Positions 38,312 through 47,580 of a stretch of DNA of 49,123 bases are shown one piece after another. The notes beneath the pieces were generated by a model, which did no database searches, had not been told where the DNA came from, and was given only the letters and a program-made list of their open reading frames with translations. The position numbers and the translations under genes were made by a program. Source of the DNA: an uncultured Acholeplasmataceae bacterium (GTDB lineage Bacteria > Bacillota_I > Bacilli_A > Acholeplasmatales > Acholeplasmataceae); NCBI GenBank assembly GCA_963539535.1, contig CAUTMU010000001.1:1-49123 (forward strand), read 5' to 3'. Numbering within the stretch: the first letter of the stretch is position 1; each line of letters opens with the position of its first letter.

Positions 38312-38974
38312 ATGCTGGAACTACTTTTAAACATTACAACTAATAAATCAGCAAATCAGAATTCTAAAATATCCGAGGCAATTACTAAAGGTTCACTAGA
38401 CCTTCAAGCCCTTCAAACTGGCCAAGACTGGCTGTTTAAAGTTATCCTGCCGCTTTTAATTATTATGATCTACGCGGTAATCGTTGGACTTGAACGCCGC
38501 AATTTAGGCAAGGCTGTCGGAGTTTCTGCCTACTTTTTAGTAGGAATAGCGAGTTGCTCAATTGCAATTACTCAAAGACTAATGTTTGAACTAAATGCCT
38601 TTCAACCAAATGAAGGCCAAAGAATCATCGCGCAAGTTGTCGCGGGTGTTTCGTTTATTGGAGCCGGTGTCATCATTAAAGACAAGATGTCTATCAAAGG
38701 CTTAACAACGGCTTCCTCTATTTGGGCGTGCGCAATTTTAGGTTTAATTTTAGGTTCAGGTTATCTTTTGATCGGAGTAATAGGTGCAACTGTTATTATC
38801 ATTTACATCTTTATTCGCGACATGGTTTCCAAAGAAAACCCGTTTGTAAGTTGCCGCAATAACTTAATTCACAAAGTTAAACAAGGTGAGATGAAAGCAG
38901 AAGACGCCAACGCTATTTTAAACAAAGAAGACGATTTGCAAACTAGACACGTTGATGAGTTTAAACAACACTGA
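38312..38974 (+). CDS. MgtC/SapB family membrane protein
   Basis: IVGLERRNLGKAVGVSAYFLVG motif and 4-5 hydrophobic helices. TGA stop. Confidence 0.65.
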   Translation: MLELLLNITTNKSANQNSKISEAITKGSLDLQALQTGQDWLFKVILPLLIIMIYAVIVGLERRNLGKAVGVSAYFLVGIASCSIAITQRLMFELNAFQPNEGQRIIAQVVAGVSFIGAGVIIKDKMSIKGLTTASSIWACAILGLILGSGYLLIGVIGATVIIIYIFIRDMVSKENPFVSCRNNLIHKVKQGEMKAEDANAILNKEDDLQTRHVDEFKQH

Positions 38975-40310
38975 TTTTGAAAATATCACTGCAATTGCGA
39001 CCCCTTATGGTAAGGGGTCGATTTCAGTTATAAGAGTTTCGGGAAAAACTTGCATCAAAGAAGTTAACACTATCTTTAAAGGCAAAGACTTAACTCAAGT
39101 TCCTGGAAACACCTTAGTCTACGGCTTTATTTTAGACAAAGACAACGTGCCGATTGACGAAGTTATAGTTGCTGTTTTTAAAAAACCCCATTCTTTTACC
39201 GCTGACGATATGCTAGAAATTTCTTGTCACGGTGGTGTGTTGGTAACTAATTTAGTCTTAGAAAGGCTCCTTAGTCTAAATATCAGAATGGCACATCCTG
39301 GTGAGTTTTCTTACCGTGCTTATTTAAATGGCCGCATAGATTTAGTTAAAGCAGAGGCTGTGATGGACTTAATTGAGGCAGACACTAAAAGCGCTGCCAA
39401 AATTTCTATAAACTCACTACTTAGTAAAACTGGTAAAAAAATTTCTGAGTTTAAAGAACAAGTCTTGGCGTTGATTTCAGATATTGAAGTTAAACTCCAA
39501 TACCCTGAGTTTGACGAAGCAGTGGACCTTGAAACTTCTGAATTAAAATCAAGAATTGGCAAGATTATAGTTGCTCTAACTGAGTTTTTAAAAAATTCAA
39601 AAAACACTACAATGCTAAAAACTGGAGTTTCGGTCGCAATTGTTGGCAGACCCAATGTCGGCAAGTCATCTCTTTTAAACTCACTTTTAAAACAAGACAA
39701 GGCTTTAGTTACTGACATTCAAGGCACAACCCGCGACATAGTTGAAGGCAAAATTGTGCTTAACAACATTGCTCTAAACTTACTTGACACCGCAGGCATT
39801 CGCAAAAGCACAAATCTAGTTGAGAATCTTGGTATTCAAAAAAGTCTAGATACCATTAAAACTGCCGAATTAGTTTTATTTGTTTTTGAGGCTAACCAAA
39901 AGTTAACTAAAGAAGACTTTGAAATTTTAAACAAAATAGATCCCGCTAAACTAATTAAAATTGCAAACAAAAAAGACTTAGGAATTAATCAAAAAGACAA
40001 AGATGCTGTCTACATCTCTACTTTTGATGAAGACTTAAAACCGCTTGAAGACGCTATTTTAACTAAATTAAAGTTAACAGATCTAGACACCAGAGACTTA
40101 GCGTTTTTGTCAAACCAAAGACAAATTACGCTACTTGAAAAAGCAATTTCTGAACTAAAAGAAGCCCACAGTTCTGCTGATTTCTTAACCGCTGACTTAG
40201 TGGTGATAAACATTAAAACCGCTTACAACGCTATAAAGGAGATACTTGGCGAGGTGTATGACGACGATGTAAATAAAAACATCTTTAGTCATTTTTGCCT
40301 TGGCAAATAA
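38955..40310 (+). CDS. mnmE: tRNA uridine-5-carboxymethylaminomethyl modification GTPase MnmE
   Basis: N-terminal IATPYGKGSISVIRVSG, G domain GRPNVGKSSLLN/DTAGIR, C-terminal FCLGK. Overlaps the MgtC gene end by 20 nt. Confidence 0.95.
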   Translation: MSLNNTDFENITAIATPYGKGSISVIRVSGKTCIKEVNTIFKGKDLTQVPGNTLVYGFILDKDNVPIDEVIVAVFKKPHSFTADDMLEISCHGGVLVTNLVLERLLSLNIRMAHPGEFSYRAYLNGRIDLVKAEAVMDLIEADTKSAAKISINSLLSKTGKKISEFKEQVLALISDIEVKLQYPEFDEAVDLETSELKSRIGKIIVALTEFLKNSKNTTMLKTGVSVAIVGRPNVGKSSLLNSLLKQDKALVTDIQGTTRDIVEGKIVLNNIALNLLDTAGIRKSTNLVENLGIQKSLDTIKTAELVLFVFEANQKLTKEDFEILNKIDPAKLIKIANKKDLGINQKDKDAVYISTFDEDLKPLEDAILTKLKLTDLDTRDLAFLSNQRQITLLEKAISELKEAHSSADFLTADLVVINIKTAYNAIKEILGEVYDDDVNKNIFSHFCLGK

Positions 40311-40316
40311 ATAACT

Positions 40317-42017
40317 ATGTATAAAGTTTTATATCGCAAATACCGACCAAGTAAACTAAAAGAAGTTGTTGGTCAAACGGTAATCATTCAAATTCTTAGT
40401 CAAATTCTAAAAAGTGGCAGCATTCCACATTCTTTTATTTTTGCTGGCACCAGAGGTATTGGCAAAACCACGATTGCCAGAATTTTTGCCAAAGCCATTA
40501 ATTGCGAAAAACTAACTTCAGGTGACGCTTGTGGAAAATGCGCAAACTGTCTTGCAATTGAGCAAGAACAAACTGTAGACATTGTAGAAATAGACGGGGC
40601 AAGCAACAACGGAGTTGACGAAATCAGAGACCTTCGCGACAAATGCGTGTTTTTACCACAAAACCTGAAATACAAAGTCTACATAATTGACGAAGTTCAT
40701 ATGCTTACAACCGCGGCTTTCAACGCGCTTTTGAAAACTTTAGAAGAACCACCTAAACACGTTATCTTTATTTTGGCAACCACTGAACCTCACAAAATCC
40801 CGAAAACCATTCAATCTCGCTGTATGAACTTTAGTTTCCTGACTTTAACAGAGACTGAAATTGAAGGACAAATAATTGAAGTTGCCAAAAAAGAAAAAAT
40901 TACTTTAGAAAAAGCAGCAGCAACACTAATTGCTAAAAAAGCAGATGGCGCAATGCGAGACGCTTTGGTCTTGCTGGACAAAGCAGTGGCTTATGCTGGG
41001 CAAGAAATTAACAAAGAAACAGTTTTGAAAATCATTGGTGGAGTTGACGAAAACGAGATTTTAAAAATTATTAACTCACTTGACAATGCAGATTTAGCCA
41101 ATGCTGTTGCTATGCTTGACGCACTACTTAAGACAGGTAAAAGTGAAAACTCAATAATTGACGCCTTTATTGATAACTTCAAACAAATTTTGCTAAAAAT
41201 TTCAACAGGTGAACCCAACCTTTTTAAAAAACTAAACAAAGCAAAAGTTTTAGAAATATTTACTGAATTAAACACTTTAATTAAAGAAATCAGATACACA
41301 ACTTCTAAGCAAAATATGCTGATGGTTACTTTAATCAAAATTTACTCAATCATAAGCAAACAAGAAGCGATTGTATTTAACACAAACCTAGAAACTGCAA
41401 AACCTGCAGTTAAAACATCAGAACAACCACAAGTGAAAACTACACCTGAAACACACGGTGATATTTTTGCAAGTAACCCTGTAGCTTTTTCACCCAGTCC
41501 TGAAAAAATTAGCAAAGATTCAGTTAAAAGTCCTTTCAGTCTAACTGAACAAGACTTTAAAGATCTGCTTGACAACGCCAAAAAGAAGATTAGAGAAGAG
41601 GCAGAAACAAAACTCTATAACTCTGATTTCTTAAAATCTGCAGAAGACCCAGATGTCTTTGGACTTTCTGGCAAGTTTGAAATAGTTTTAGCCAGCCCAA
41701 ATACCCTATTACTCGCTGCAGATGGATTAACTGCATGCACTGAAATCTACAAAACAACCAAATATCCAGTCCTTTTAAAAGAAGTTAATAACTTTTTGCC
41801 AGAAATCACGAGAGTAATTTTGTTAACAAAACAAGACGCAAAGACTGTGTTAATGCAAATTAGCACTTACCTTAGAAATAACCTTGAGTTTATTCCCAAT
41901 GACTTTAGCGCTGTTGTTGAAAAATACGCCGCATATGATAAAATTTTAAAAGAAGTTAAAACTAAAAAATTTGACGCAAGCGCCGTATTTGGTGAACTTG
42001 CAAGCAAGGAGCAATAA
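40317..42017 (+). CDS. dnaX: DNA polymerase III subunit gamma/tau
   Basis: YRKYRP..L.EVVGQ, Walker A GTRGIGKTT, zinc module C..C..C, Walker B IIDEVHMLT, SRC motif (QSRC). Confidence 0.95.
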   Translation: MYKVLYRKYRPSKLKEVVGQTVIIQILSQILKSGSIPHSFIFAGTRGIGKTTIARIFAKAINCEKLTSGDACGKCANCLAIEQEQTVDIVEIDGASNNGVDEIRDLRDKCVFLPQNLKYKVYIIDEVHMLTTAAFNALLKTLEEPPKHVIFILATTEPHKIPKTIQSRCMNFSFLTLTETEIEGQIIEVAKKEKITLEKAAATLIAKKADGAMRDALVLLDKAVAYAGQEINKETVLKIIGGVDENEILKIINSLDNADLANAVAMLDALLKTGKSENSIIDAFIDNFKQILLKISTGEPNLFKKLNKAKVLEIFTELNTLIKEIRYTTSKQNMLMVTLIKIYSIISKQEAIVFNTNLETAKPAVKTSEQPQVKTTPETHGDIFASNPVAFSPSPEKISKDSVKSPFSLTEQDFKDLLDNAKKKIREEAETKLYNSDFLKSAEDPDVFGLSGKFEIVLASPNTLLLAADGLTACTEIYKTTKYPVLLKEVNNFLPEITRVILLTKQDAKTVLMQISTYLRNNLEFIPNDFSAVVEKYAAYDKILKEVKTKKFDASAVFGELASKEQ

Positions 42018-42019
42018 AT

Positions 42020-42307
42020 ATGAATCCGCAAATGTTAAAACAAATTCAAAAACTACAAGCAGAAATGATGGAACGTCAAAAAAGGCTTGAAGAAACTGAG
42101 TTTACAGGTGAGTCTGCTGGGGTTTCAATTACTTTACTTGGTTCAAAAAAAGTCGTAGACTGCAAAATTAGCGCAGACATTATTCAAGATAAAGAAATGC
42201 TTGAAGATGCAATTTGCGTAGCCTTTAACAAAGCCATTGAACAAGTCAACTCAGAACTAGAAGACATTCTTTCTAGCGCTAAAATGCCTAATTTTTTAGG
42301 ACTTTAG
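42020..42307 (+). CDS. ybaB: YbaB/EbfC family nucleoid-associated protein
   Basis: 95 aa, immediately after dnaX, with typical MLKQIQKLQAEMMERQKRLEE...V.G.SAGG-like sequence. Confidence 0.9.
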   Translation: MNPQMLKQIQKLQAEMMERQKRLEETEFTGESAGVSITLLGSKKVVDCKISADIIQDKEMLEDAICVAFNKAIEQVNSELEDILSSAKMPNFLGL

Positions 42308-42354
42308 TTATAGTTTGTAAAATAGGTTTGACTATAATATAATATTTAAGTTAT

Positions 42355-42972
42355 ATGGAGGCTGACTTGAATCATACAGAAGAAAATTCTTTATCAGAAA
42401 TTGCATACTCCTTAATCAAGGAACAGGGTTCTGCTGTTTCACTTAACGAACTTATTGACAAAATTTGCGCAATTCGTAATTTAGGCGAAGTTAACGCAGA
42501 TTTCAAAAATCAACTTTATTTTGACTTAATTTCATCAGGTCGCTTTGTTTATGTTGGCGACGGGCTTTTTGATTTAAAAGACAATAACTTAGAGTATTGG
42601 GACAAAGACGGTACTTTTTTTGCCAATGAAAGCAATGACGAAGACATTGAAATTAATGAAGATGAAGACGACATTGAGTTTTCTGACTTTAATTTAGATG
42701 AGTTTGTGGCATCTGAACCAGATATTGAAGAAGATGAAGACGAGGAAGATGAAAAACTTCAAATGCAAGCAAGCGACAACCCACTTCCTGAACTTGATGA
42801 TGAAGAAGACGAAAGCGCTTTAGTTGAAGAAGACATTGAAGATTACCTGGAAACTGAAAGCGACGAAGACGACGATAAATATGTTGACCCAGATTTGGAC
42901 TTAGACGAATCAGATCAAGACGAAGATGAGTACAACAAATACATGGACGACTACGAAAATCTATACGAATAG
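42355..42972 (+). CDS. rpoE: DNA-directed RNA polymerase delta subunit
   Basis: N-terminal HARE-HTH-like domain (SEIAYSLIKEQG...FYFDLISSGRFVYVGDGLFDLK) plus a long Asp/Glu tail. The ATG at 42355 lacks an SD; the TTG at 42367, 5 nt after GGAGG, is an alternative start. Confidence 0.85.
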   Translation: MEADLNHTEENSLSEIAYSLIKEQGSAVSLNELIDKICAIRNLGEVNADFKNQLYFDLISSGRFVYVGDGLFDLKDNNLEYWDKDGTFFANESNDEDIEINEDEDDIEFSDFNLDEFVASEPDIEEDEDEEDEKLQMQASDNPLPELDDEEDESALVEEDIEDYLETESDEDDDKYVDPDLDLDESDQDEDEYNKYMDDYENLYE

Positions 42973-42999
42973 GGAGGCAATTTTTGCATCCCTTTTTTT
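42972..42999 (+). terminator. Rho-independent terminator after rpoE
   Basis: Stem GGGAGGCA/TGCATCCC (one mismatch), 5-nt loop, T7 tail. Confidence 0.7.
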
Positions 43000-43031
43000 A
43001 TTTTGAAAATCTAAAAGGAGTTTTTAAAAAT

Positions 43032-44513
43032 ATGAGCAATTTTATTTTTATTACAGGTGGAGTAATCTCTGGAATTGGAAAAGGTGTAACTGCGGCGTCT
43101 ATTGCCAGACTACTTAAAAGCACTGGAGTTTCGGTGTTTATGATCAAAATGGATCCCTACATCAATACTTTTCCTGGCATGATTGACCCACTTCAACACG
43201 GAGAGGTTTTTGTGGCCGCAGACGGAACTGAGGCAGACTTAGACCTTGGGCACTACGAACGTTTTACTGGTGTTAACTTAACTGAGCACTCTAGTATCAC
43301 CATGGGCAAAATCTACAGAGAAATCTTGGAAAACGAAATGGCTGGTAAATACAGCGGCAAAACCATTCAAGTAATTCCGCATGTCGTTGATACCATTAAA
43401 AACAGACTAAAGAAGGCTGCTGAGCAAAGCCAGGCTGATGTCATAATTTGCGAAATCGGCGGAACAGTTGGAGATATGGAGTCAGAGGCTTACCTGGAAG
43501 CAATTCGCCAACTTAGGTTTGACTTAGGCTATCGCCGAACCTACTACATCCACACAGCACTAGTTCCTTACCTGGAAGTTTCACAAGAGCTCAAGACCAA
43601 GCCAACTCAACATAGCGTCAAGACTTTGCGTAGTTTTGGAATTGACCCGAACGCACTTATTTTAAGGTCAAAAAGAATGCTGGACCCCGAAACCGTTCAA
43701 AAAATATCTTTCTTTACCGACGTTAAACCAGAGACAGTGCTGGCTTGTCCTGATTTAGATGTAGTCTACAAGGTAGTGCCACTTTTGGCAGAAGGTAAAC
43801 TGCACGAAAGTATCTTAAAACATTTTGAACTCAAGGCAAAACCACTTAACTTAAAAACCTGGAACTCCCTAGTTTCAAAAGTAGAAACTGCGAATATCGT
43901 TTTAAATGTTGGAGTAGTAGGGACTACTGATTTTAAAGAGGCCTATCTTTCGCTAACTGAGGCAATTAAACACTCTGGCTATCAATATTCAGTTAAACCA
44001 AACTTTATTTGGTATAACTCAGATATCAACAATTCAGAATTTCTCAAAAACATAGACCTAGCAGTAGTTTCAGGTCAAGACAACCAAGAGTTTACTTTAA
44101 AACAGAGTGAGTTAATTCACGCACTTAGCGAAAAACAAATCCCAACTCTGCTGATCAATTTAGGTTTTTGGCAAATGCTTAACATTTCAGATAAAACCAC
44201 TAAAGTTGAAACCACTAAACTGGTAGGCGGCCATGAAATTAAAATAAATAAAGTAAACCCAGTAAGTAAGTATTTCAAAGAAAGTAAAATTGTGGAACGT
44301 TTTCGTTCGTTTAAAGTGCCAACTAAAGCAGTTTCTCATCCTAACTTACTCCCACTTGCTACTTTAGATGAAACGCCAGTAGCCTTTGCAAACCCTAGTC
44401 ATCCTTTCTTTGTATCTACTCTTTTTCACCCCGAGTTTAGTTCAAACCCGCTTTTTTCCCATCCTCTGTTTGATGCTATAATTAAAGTAACGCTTGAGCA
44501 AAAAAAGCATTAA
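43032..44513 (+). CDS. pyrG: CTP synthase with a degenerate glutamine amidotransferase domain
   Basis: Synthase-domain motifs are intact (GGVISGIGKG, DPYIN..PG...P.QHGEVFV, DLDLGHYERF, GGTVGDMES, KTKPTQHSVK). ATG 43032 after AAAGGAG is preferred over the TTG at 42984. rpoE-pyrG adjacency as in Bacillus. Confidence 0.9.
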   Translation: MSNFIFITGGVISGIGKGVTAASIARLLKSTGVSVFMIKMDPYINTFPGMIDPLQHGEVFVAADGTEADLDLGHYERFTGVNLTEHSSITMGKIYREILENEMAGKYSGKTIQVIPHVVDTIKNRLKKAAEQSQADVIICEIGGTVGDMESEAYLEAIRQLRFDLGYRRTYYIHTALVPYLEVSQELKTKPTQHSVKTLRSFGIDPNALILRSKRMLDPETVQKISFFTDVKPETVLACPDLDVVYKVVPLLAEGKLHESILKHFELKAKPLNLKTWNSLVSKVETANIVLNVGVVGTTDFKEAYLSLTEAIKHSGYQYSVKPNFIWYNSDINNSEFLKNIDLAVVSGQDNQEFTLKQSELIHALSEKQIPTLLINLGFWQMLNISDKTTKVETTKLVGGHEIKINKVNPVSKYFKESKIVERFRSFKVPTKAVSHPNLLPLATLDETPVAFANPSHPFFVSTLFHPEFSSNPLFSHPLFDAIIKVTLEQKKH

Positions 44514-44547
44514 AATAAATAAATTTCAAAAAAAGGAAAAATTGCCC

Positions 44548-44787
44548 ATGTTTGAAGAAATTAAAAGCATTATTAAAACAAATCTAAATATTGAAGACGA
44601 AAAAATCGTACCAACCGCCAGACTAAAAGAAGACCTGGCAATTGATTCAATTGACGCAGTTGAAATAGTTTTGGCGTTTGAAGAAAAACACGACATCAGA
44701 GTTGATGAAACTAAACTAAGAGAAATTAAAACCATTGGCGACTTAGTTGGCTATTTTGAGACACTAAAAGCCGAGTCTGCAAAATAA
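44548..44787 (+). CDS. acpP: Acyl carrier protein
   Basis: 79 aa. Phosphopantetheine site LAIDSIDAVEIV. ATG 44548 preceded by AAAGGAAAA; the ORF-track start at 44494 overlaps pyrG and is unlikely. Confidence 0.85.
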   Translation: MFEEIKSIIKTNLNIEDEKIVPTARLKEDLAIDSIDAVEIVLAFEEKHDIRVDETKLREIKTIGDLVGYFETLKAESAK

Positions 44788-44843
44788 CCATAAAACCGCT
44801 TACATCTATTTTAATCTAATATTTTTCAGGACTATACTTTACT

Positions 44844-47249
44844 ATGCAAAATAACTTTTTAGAATACGAAAAAAAATGGCAAAAAATTTGGGAACAAGAG
44901 CAAACTTTTGAAACAAAAGAAAGTGCTGTCAAACCCAAATACTTTATCTTAGACATGTTTCCCTATCCAACTGCATTAGGTCTCCATGTTGGACACGTTG
45001 AGGGTTATGTTGCTACCGATATTTTGGCCAGATACAAAAGAGCCAAAGGTTTTTCTGTGCTGCAAACTATGGGTTTTGATGCTTTTGGTCTGCCAACTGA
45101 ACAGTTTGCAATCCAAAACAATGTGCAACCTGAAGAAATTACTAAAATTAGTATCAATAACTTTAAAGCCCAACTTAACCGACTAGGTAAAGCCATTGAC
45201 TGGCAAAAAAGCATATCTACTCATGATCCTGAGTTTTACCACTGGACCCAGTGGATTTTTAAGAAACTATATGAACACGACCTTGCGGAGCTTAAAGACA
45301 TTGAAGTGAATTTCTGTCCAGAACTTGGCACAGTTTTGGCAAACGACGAAATCACTGTCAAAAACGGGCTGATGGTCTCAGAACGCGGTAATTTTCCTGT
45401 CTATAAAAAAACCCTTAAACAATGGGTTTTAAAAATTACTAAATACGCAGATAGGTTAATTAAAGACCTGGATTTAGTTGATTGGCCGGAAGATGTCAAA
45501 GAGGCTCAACGCAACTGGATCGGCAAAAGCGAGGGAACTTTAATTGACTTTGAAGTGCTAGACACTAACGAAAAAATCACTTGCTTTACCACCAGAATTG
45601 ACACAATTTACGGACTTTCTTATTTAGTGCTTGCGCCTGAACACCCACTTGCTTTAAAAATCGCAACTAAAGAAGAAAAGCGAGCAGTTGAAAACTACAT
45701 TAAACTAGCCTCACAAAAGTCAGACTTAGACCGCGAAACTCAACACGAAAAAACAGGAGTTTTCACTGGTGCTTACGCAAAATGTCCAATTTCTGGCCGC
45801 ATTATTCCAGTATGGGTGGCAGATTATGTGTTTTTCAAATACGCAACTGGCGCTGTAATGGCCGTGCCTGCACACGACGAGCGCGATTTTGAGTTTGCTA
45901 ATAAGTTTGGGTTAGACATTTTAAAAATTATAGATGTTCCTGAAAACCAACTTCCTTATACCAAAGACGGGCTTCATATCAACTCACCACTAATTGACGG
46001 TCAAAACATAGAACAAGCAAAAAAAACTCTAAATCAACACTTAAAGAAAATCAAGGCAGGTTCAACTACTGTTAACTATCGTCTTCGCGACTGGGTGTTT
46101 TCACGCCAACGTTATTGGGGTGAACCTTTTCCGCTTTACTTTGACGAACATAAAAACGTCCACTTAGTTGAAGACAAAGACCTACCGCTAGTTTTGCCTA
46201 AACTAAAAGAAATCAGACCGTCTGGGACTGGTGATGGTCCGCTTGCAAACTGCCCTGAGTGGGTAAGTTTTCAAAAAGACGGGCAAGTCTACAGTTATGA
46301 CACCAACACCATGCCGCAAGTTGCCGGTAGTTCTTGGTACTACATTGCCTATATTTTAAAAACAGCCGCTGGTGTTGTTCCACTAAACTCAAAGGAAGCC
46401 AAAAAATTACTTGACAGTTGGCTGCCTGTAGACTTTTATGTTGGTGGCAAAGAACACACTACTGGTCACCTACTCTACGCACGTTTTTGGCATAAGTTTT
46501 TATACGATTTAGGTCTGGTTTCTCAACCCGAGCCTTTTCAAAAACTTTTTAACCAAGGAATGATCTTGATGAACGGTCAAAAAATGTCTAAATCTAGAGG
46601 AAATGTTGTAAATCCTGACGAGATATTTGTGTCACACGGAGCCGATGCTCTTCGTCTATACGTGATGTTTATGGGGCCTCTGCAAATGGATAAAGACTGG
46701 TCTACTACAATGCTAGATGGTGCTAAGCGTTTCCTTGACCGTGTTTGGCGAATGCATGAGTTTATCGCGCCTTCTCACAACGAAGGACTTGACTTTGTGT
46801 TAAACCAAACCATTTTAAAAGTTGAACAAGGATACGAAACAATTTCTTTTAACACCGCAATTTCGCAAATGATGATTTTTGTCAACGAGGTCTACAAGCA
46901 ACAGGCAATTTCTCAAGATCAATTTAGAACTTTCTTAAAGTTATTAAATCCAATTTGTCCGCATATTACTGAAGAGATGAACTTACAATTTTTAAACTCA
47001 AACGCTCAATTGGTTAACGAAGTTTTCCCAGAAGTAGATCACTCTAAACTTGAAAACTCAACATTTGAACTAATTTTTCAAGTCAACGGCAAAATTCGCG
47101 GCAAAGAATTGGTTGCTAAAACTATCACTGAAGTTGAAGCAAAGCAAAAAGCGCTGGCTTGTGAGGGAGTGCAAAGAGCGATAAGTGGTTTAAACGTAAT
47201 CAAAGTTATTTATATTAAAGAGAGATTAGTAAATATAGTTGCAAAATAA
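44844..47249 (+). CDS. leuS: Leucine--tRNA ligase
   Basis: HIGH-type motif (LHVGHVEGY), KMSKS motif (QKMSKSRGN), 801 aa. Confidence 0.95.
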   Translation: MQNNFLEYEKKWQKIWEQEQTFETKESAVKPKYFILDMFPYPTALGLHVGHVEGYVATDILARYKRAKGFSVLQTMGFDAFGLPTEQFAIQNNVQPEEITKISINNFKAQLNRLGKAIDWQKSISTHDPEFYHWTQWIFKKLYEHDLAELKDIEVNFCPELGTVLANDEITVKNGLMVSERGNFPVYKKTLKQWVLKITKYADRLIKDLDLVDWPEDVKEAQRNWIGKSEGTLIDFEVLDTNEKITCFTTRIDTIYGLSYLVLAPEHPLALKIATKEEKRAVENYIKLASQKSDLDRETQHEKTGVFTGAYAKCPISGRIIPVWVADYVFFKYATGAVMAVPAHDERDFEFANKFGLDILKIIDVPENQLPYTKDGLHINSPLIDGQNIEQAKKTLNQHLKKIKAGSTTVNYRLRDWVFSRQRYWGEPFPLYFDEHKNVHLVEDKDLPLVLPKLKEIRPSGTGDGPLANCPEWVSFQKDGQVYSYDTNTMPQVAGSSWYYIAYILKTAAGVVPLNSKEAKKLLDSWLPVDFYVGGKEHTTGHLLYARFWHKFLYDLGLVSQPEPFQKLFNQGMILMNGQKMSKSRGNVVNPDEIFVSHGADALRLYVMFMGPLQMDKDWSTTMLDGAKRFLDRVWRMHEFIAPSHNEGLDFVLNQTILKVEQGYETISFNTAISQMMIFVNEVYKQQAISQDQFRTFLKLLNPICPHITEEMNLQFLNSNAQLVNEVFPEVDHSKLENSTFELIFQVNGKIRGKELVAKTITEVEAKQKALACEGVQRAISGLNVIKVIYIKERLVNIVAK

Positions 47250-47253
47250 CACT

Positions 47254-47285
47254 AAATAGACTGCAAAAGCAGTCTATTTTATTTT
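47254..47285 (+). terminator. Rho-independent terminator after leuS
   Basis: 11-bp stem AAATAGACTGC/GCAGTCTATTT, loop AAAA, T-rich tail. Confidence 0.8.
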
Positions 47286-47295
47286 AATTCAGTTT

Positions 47296-47382
47296 TACTT
47301 TGCGTTTTTTGTATGTTTTGCCCATTTTTTACTCTGCGTTTTTTGTATATTTCACCAATTTATTACTCTGCGTTTTTTGTAA
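47296..47382 (+). repeat. Direct-repeat array A: three head-to-tail copies with a 34-bp period (third copy truncated)
   Basis: Core TACT(C/T)TGCGTTTTTTGTA starts at 47296, 47330 and 47364. Full unit: TACTCTGCGTTTTTTGTATATTTCACCAATTTAT. Confidence 0.9.
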
Positions 47383-47439
47383 ACAGTTAAAAAACTTTTG
47401 TTTGCTTTATAAGGCTATTTTTAGATAAAATAATCAAAA

Positions 47440-47526
47440 CACTCTGCGTTTTTTGTATATTTCACCAATTTATTACTCTGCGTTTTTTGTATATTTCACC
47501 AATATATTACTCTGCGTTTTTTGCAT
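47440..47526 (+). repeat. Direct-repeat array B: three further copies of the same 34-bp unit
   Basis: Core starts at 47440, 47474 and 47508. Copies 4 and 5 are near-identical to copy 2. An AT-rich gap of about 57 bp (47383-47439) separates arrays A and B. Confidence 0.9.
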
Positions 47527-47533
47527 AAGCATT

Positions 47534-47561
47534 TTGTTTTTTAGCGTAAATGTCTTATAAT
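47534..47561 (+). promoter_or_regulatory. Candidate promoter of the intact ATPase gene
   Basis: TTGTTT (47534-47539), 16-nt spacer, TATAAT (47556-47561), immediately after repeat array B and 20 nt before the start codon. Confidence 0.45.
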
Positions 47562-47580
47562 ATACGCAAAGGTGGAAAAG

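Noticed and set aside
40317-42017. Programmed -1 frameshift site in dnaX, as in E. coli (A AAA AAG).
   Set aside because: The A-runs I checked (40887-40893, 40935-40941, 41226-41231) sit in frame as AAA AAA followed by G or C, preceded by C or T. They are not the canonical in-frame A_AAA_AAG heptamer, and I saw no adjacent stable hairpin. Firmicutes dnaX generally makes only tau.
44788-44843. T-box leader upstream of leuS.
   Set aside because: The intergenic region is only 56 nt, far too short for a T-box riboswitch, and no specifier or T-box sequence is visible.
47296-47526. Possible CRISPR array, given regularly spaced repeats of about 34 bp.
   Set aside because: The repeats are contiguous with no unique spacers between them. 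There are only 3+3 copies, no palindromic repeat core and no cas genes. They are reported instead as a direct-repeat or iteron-like array.
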